Under the pieces are notes generated by a model, which was not told the origin of the DNA, made no database searches, and worked only from the letters and a program-made list of their open reading frames with translations. Of a DNA stretch of 48,539 bases, positions 48,346-48,539 are shown piece by piece. Numbering within the stretch: the first letter of the stretch is position 1; every line of letters begins with the position of its first letter. The stretch is from Waddliaceae bacterium (lineage in GTDB: Bacteria; Chlamydiota; Chlamydiia; Chlamydiales; SLFE01). The DNA lies in NCBI GenBank assembly GCA_963783885.1, contig CAWAPJ010000031.1:1-48539 (forward strand), written 5' to 3'. The position numbers and the translations under genes are program-made.

Positions 48346-48539
48346 TTAGAGCAAGGGATTATTGTGAGATTTTTGCCTGATTAAATGAAAAAATAACATA
48401 AAGAACGCAAAAAAGAGCTCAAAACTGGTAAAAATTGCATAGATGAGTTCTCCTCCCTGTCCAAAGCCATAGCTGTGAAGGCCGACTCCTAATATATAAT
48501 TGACTCCGTACCAAGTGAATGTAATGAACTGAAGACCGA
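48346..48539 (-). CDS. ccsA: 3' end of a cytochrome c biogenesis protein (CcsA/CcsBA), partial and absent from the ORF track
   Basis: Hand-translated GLQFITFTWYGVNYILGVGLHSYGFG...NNPLL*; GVN...GLHSY is the System II heme-ligand motif. Confidence 0.85.
   Translation of the reverse strand, partial: GLQFITFTWYGVNYILGVGLHSYGFGQGGELIYAIFTSFELFFAFFMLFFHLIRQKSHNNPLL

Overview
Chromosomal window of an environmental chlamydia (Chlamydiota, Parachlamydiales-like). The assignment rests on recalled Chlamydia-type synteny (rsbV-miaA-CT768-like-rsfS-fabF-NUDIX; small basic proteins-ybeY-CBS protein-DUF3604-ubiE; holA-methyltransferase-hemW-CT053-like; dacA-ybbR) and the PVC small basic signature protein. 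The window begins inside a 5S rRNA gene and ends in the 3' part of a cytochrome c assembly (CcsA-type) gene. It carries a classical menaquinone operon menF-D-H-B-A-C-E converging on ubiE/menG, glutamine synthetase III, nadD, RNase Y and a small osmotic/general-stress cluster. The most notable observations: (1) four unrelated ~150-165 bp rod-like palindromic MITE/RPE-like elements, several with apparent target-site duplications and two apparently inserted into pre-existing hairpins, with no transposase in the window; (2) a flavoprotein monooxygenase fused to an FNR/2Fe-2S reductase, followed by an NqrM-like Cys protein and coupled to ubiE, at the position where Chlamydiaceae carry futalosine-pathway genes; (3) an AT-rich 828-aa protein built from 36-aa helical repeats with a recent triplication; (4) a 1-nt frameshift that removes the catalytic A10 lysine motif of MenE. 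Three real CDSs missing from the ORF track were also recovered. All calls come from reading the sequence; no database searches were run.
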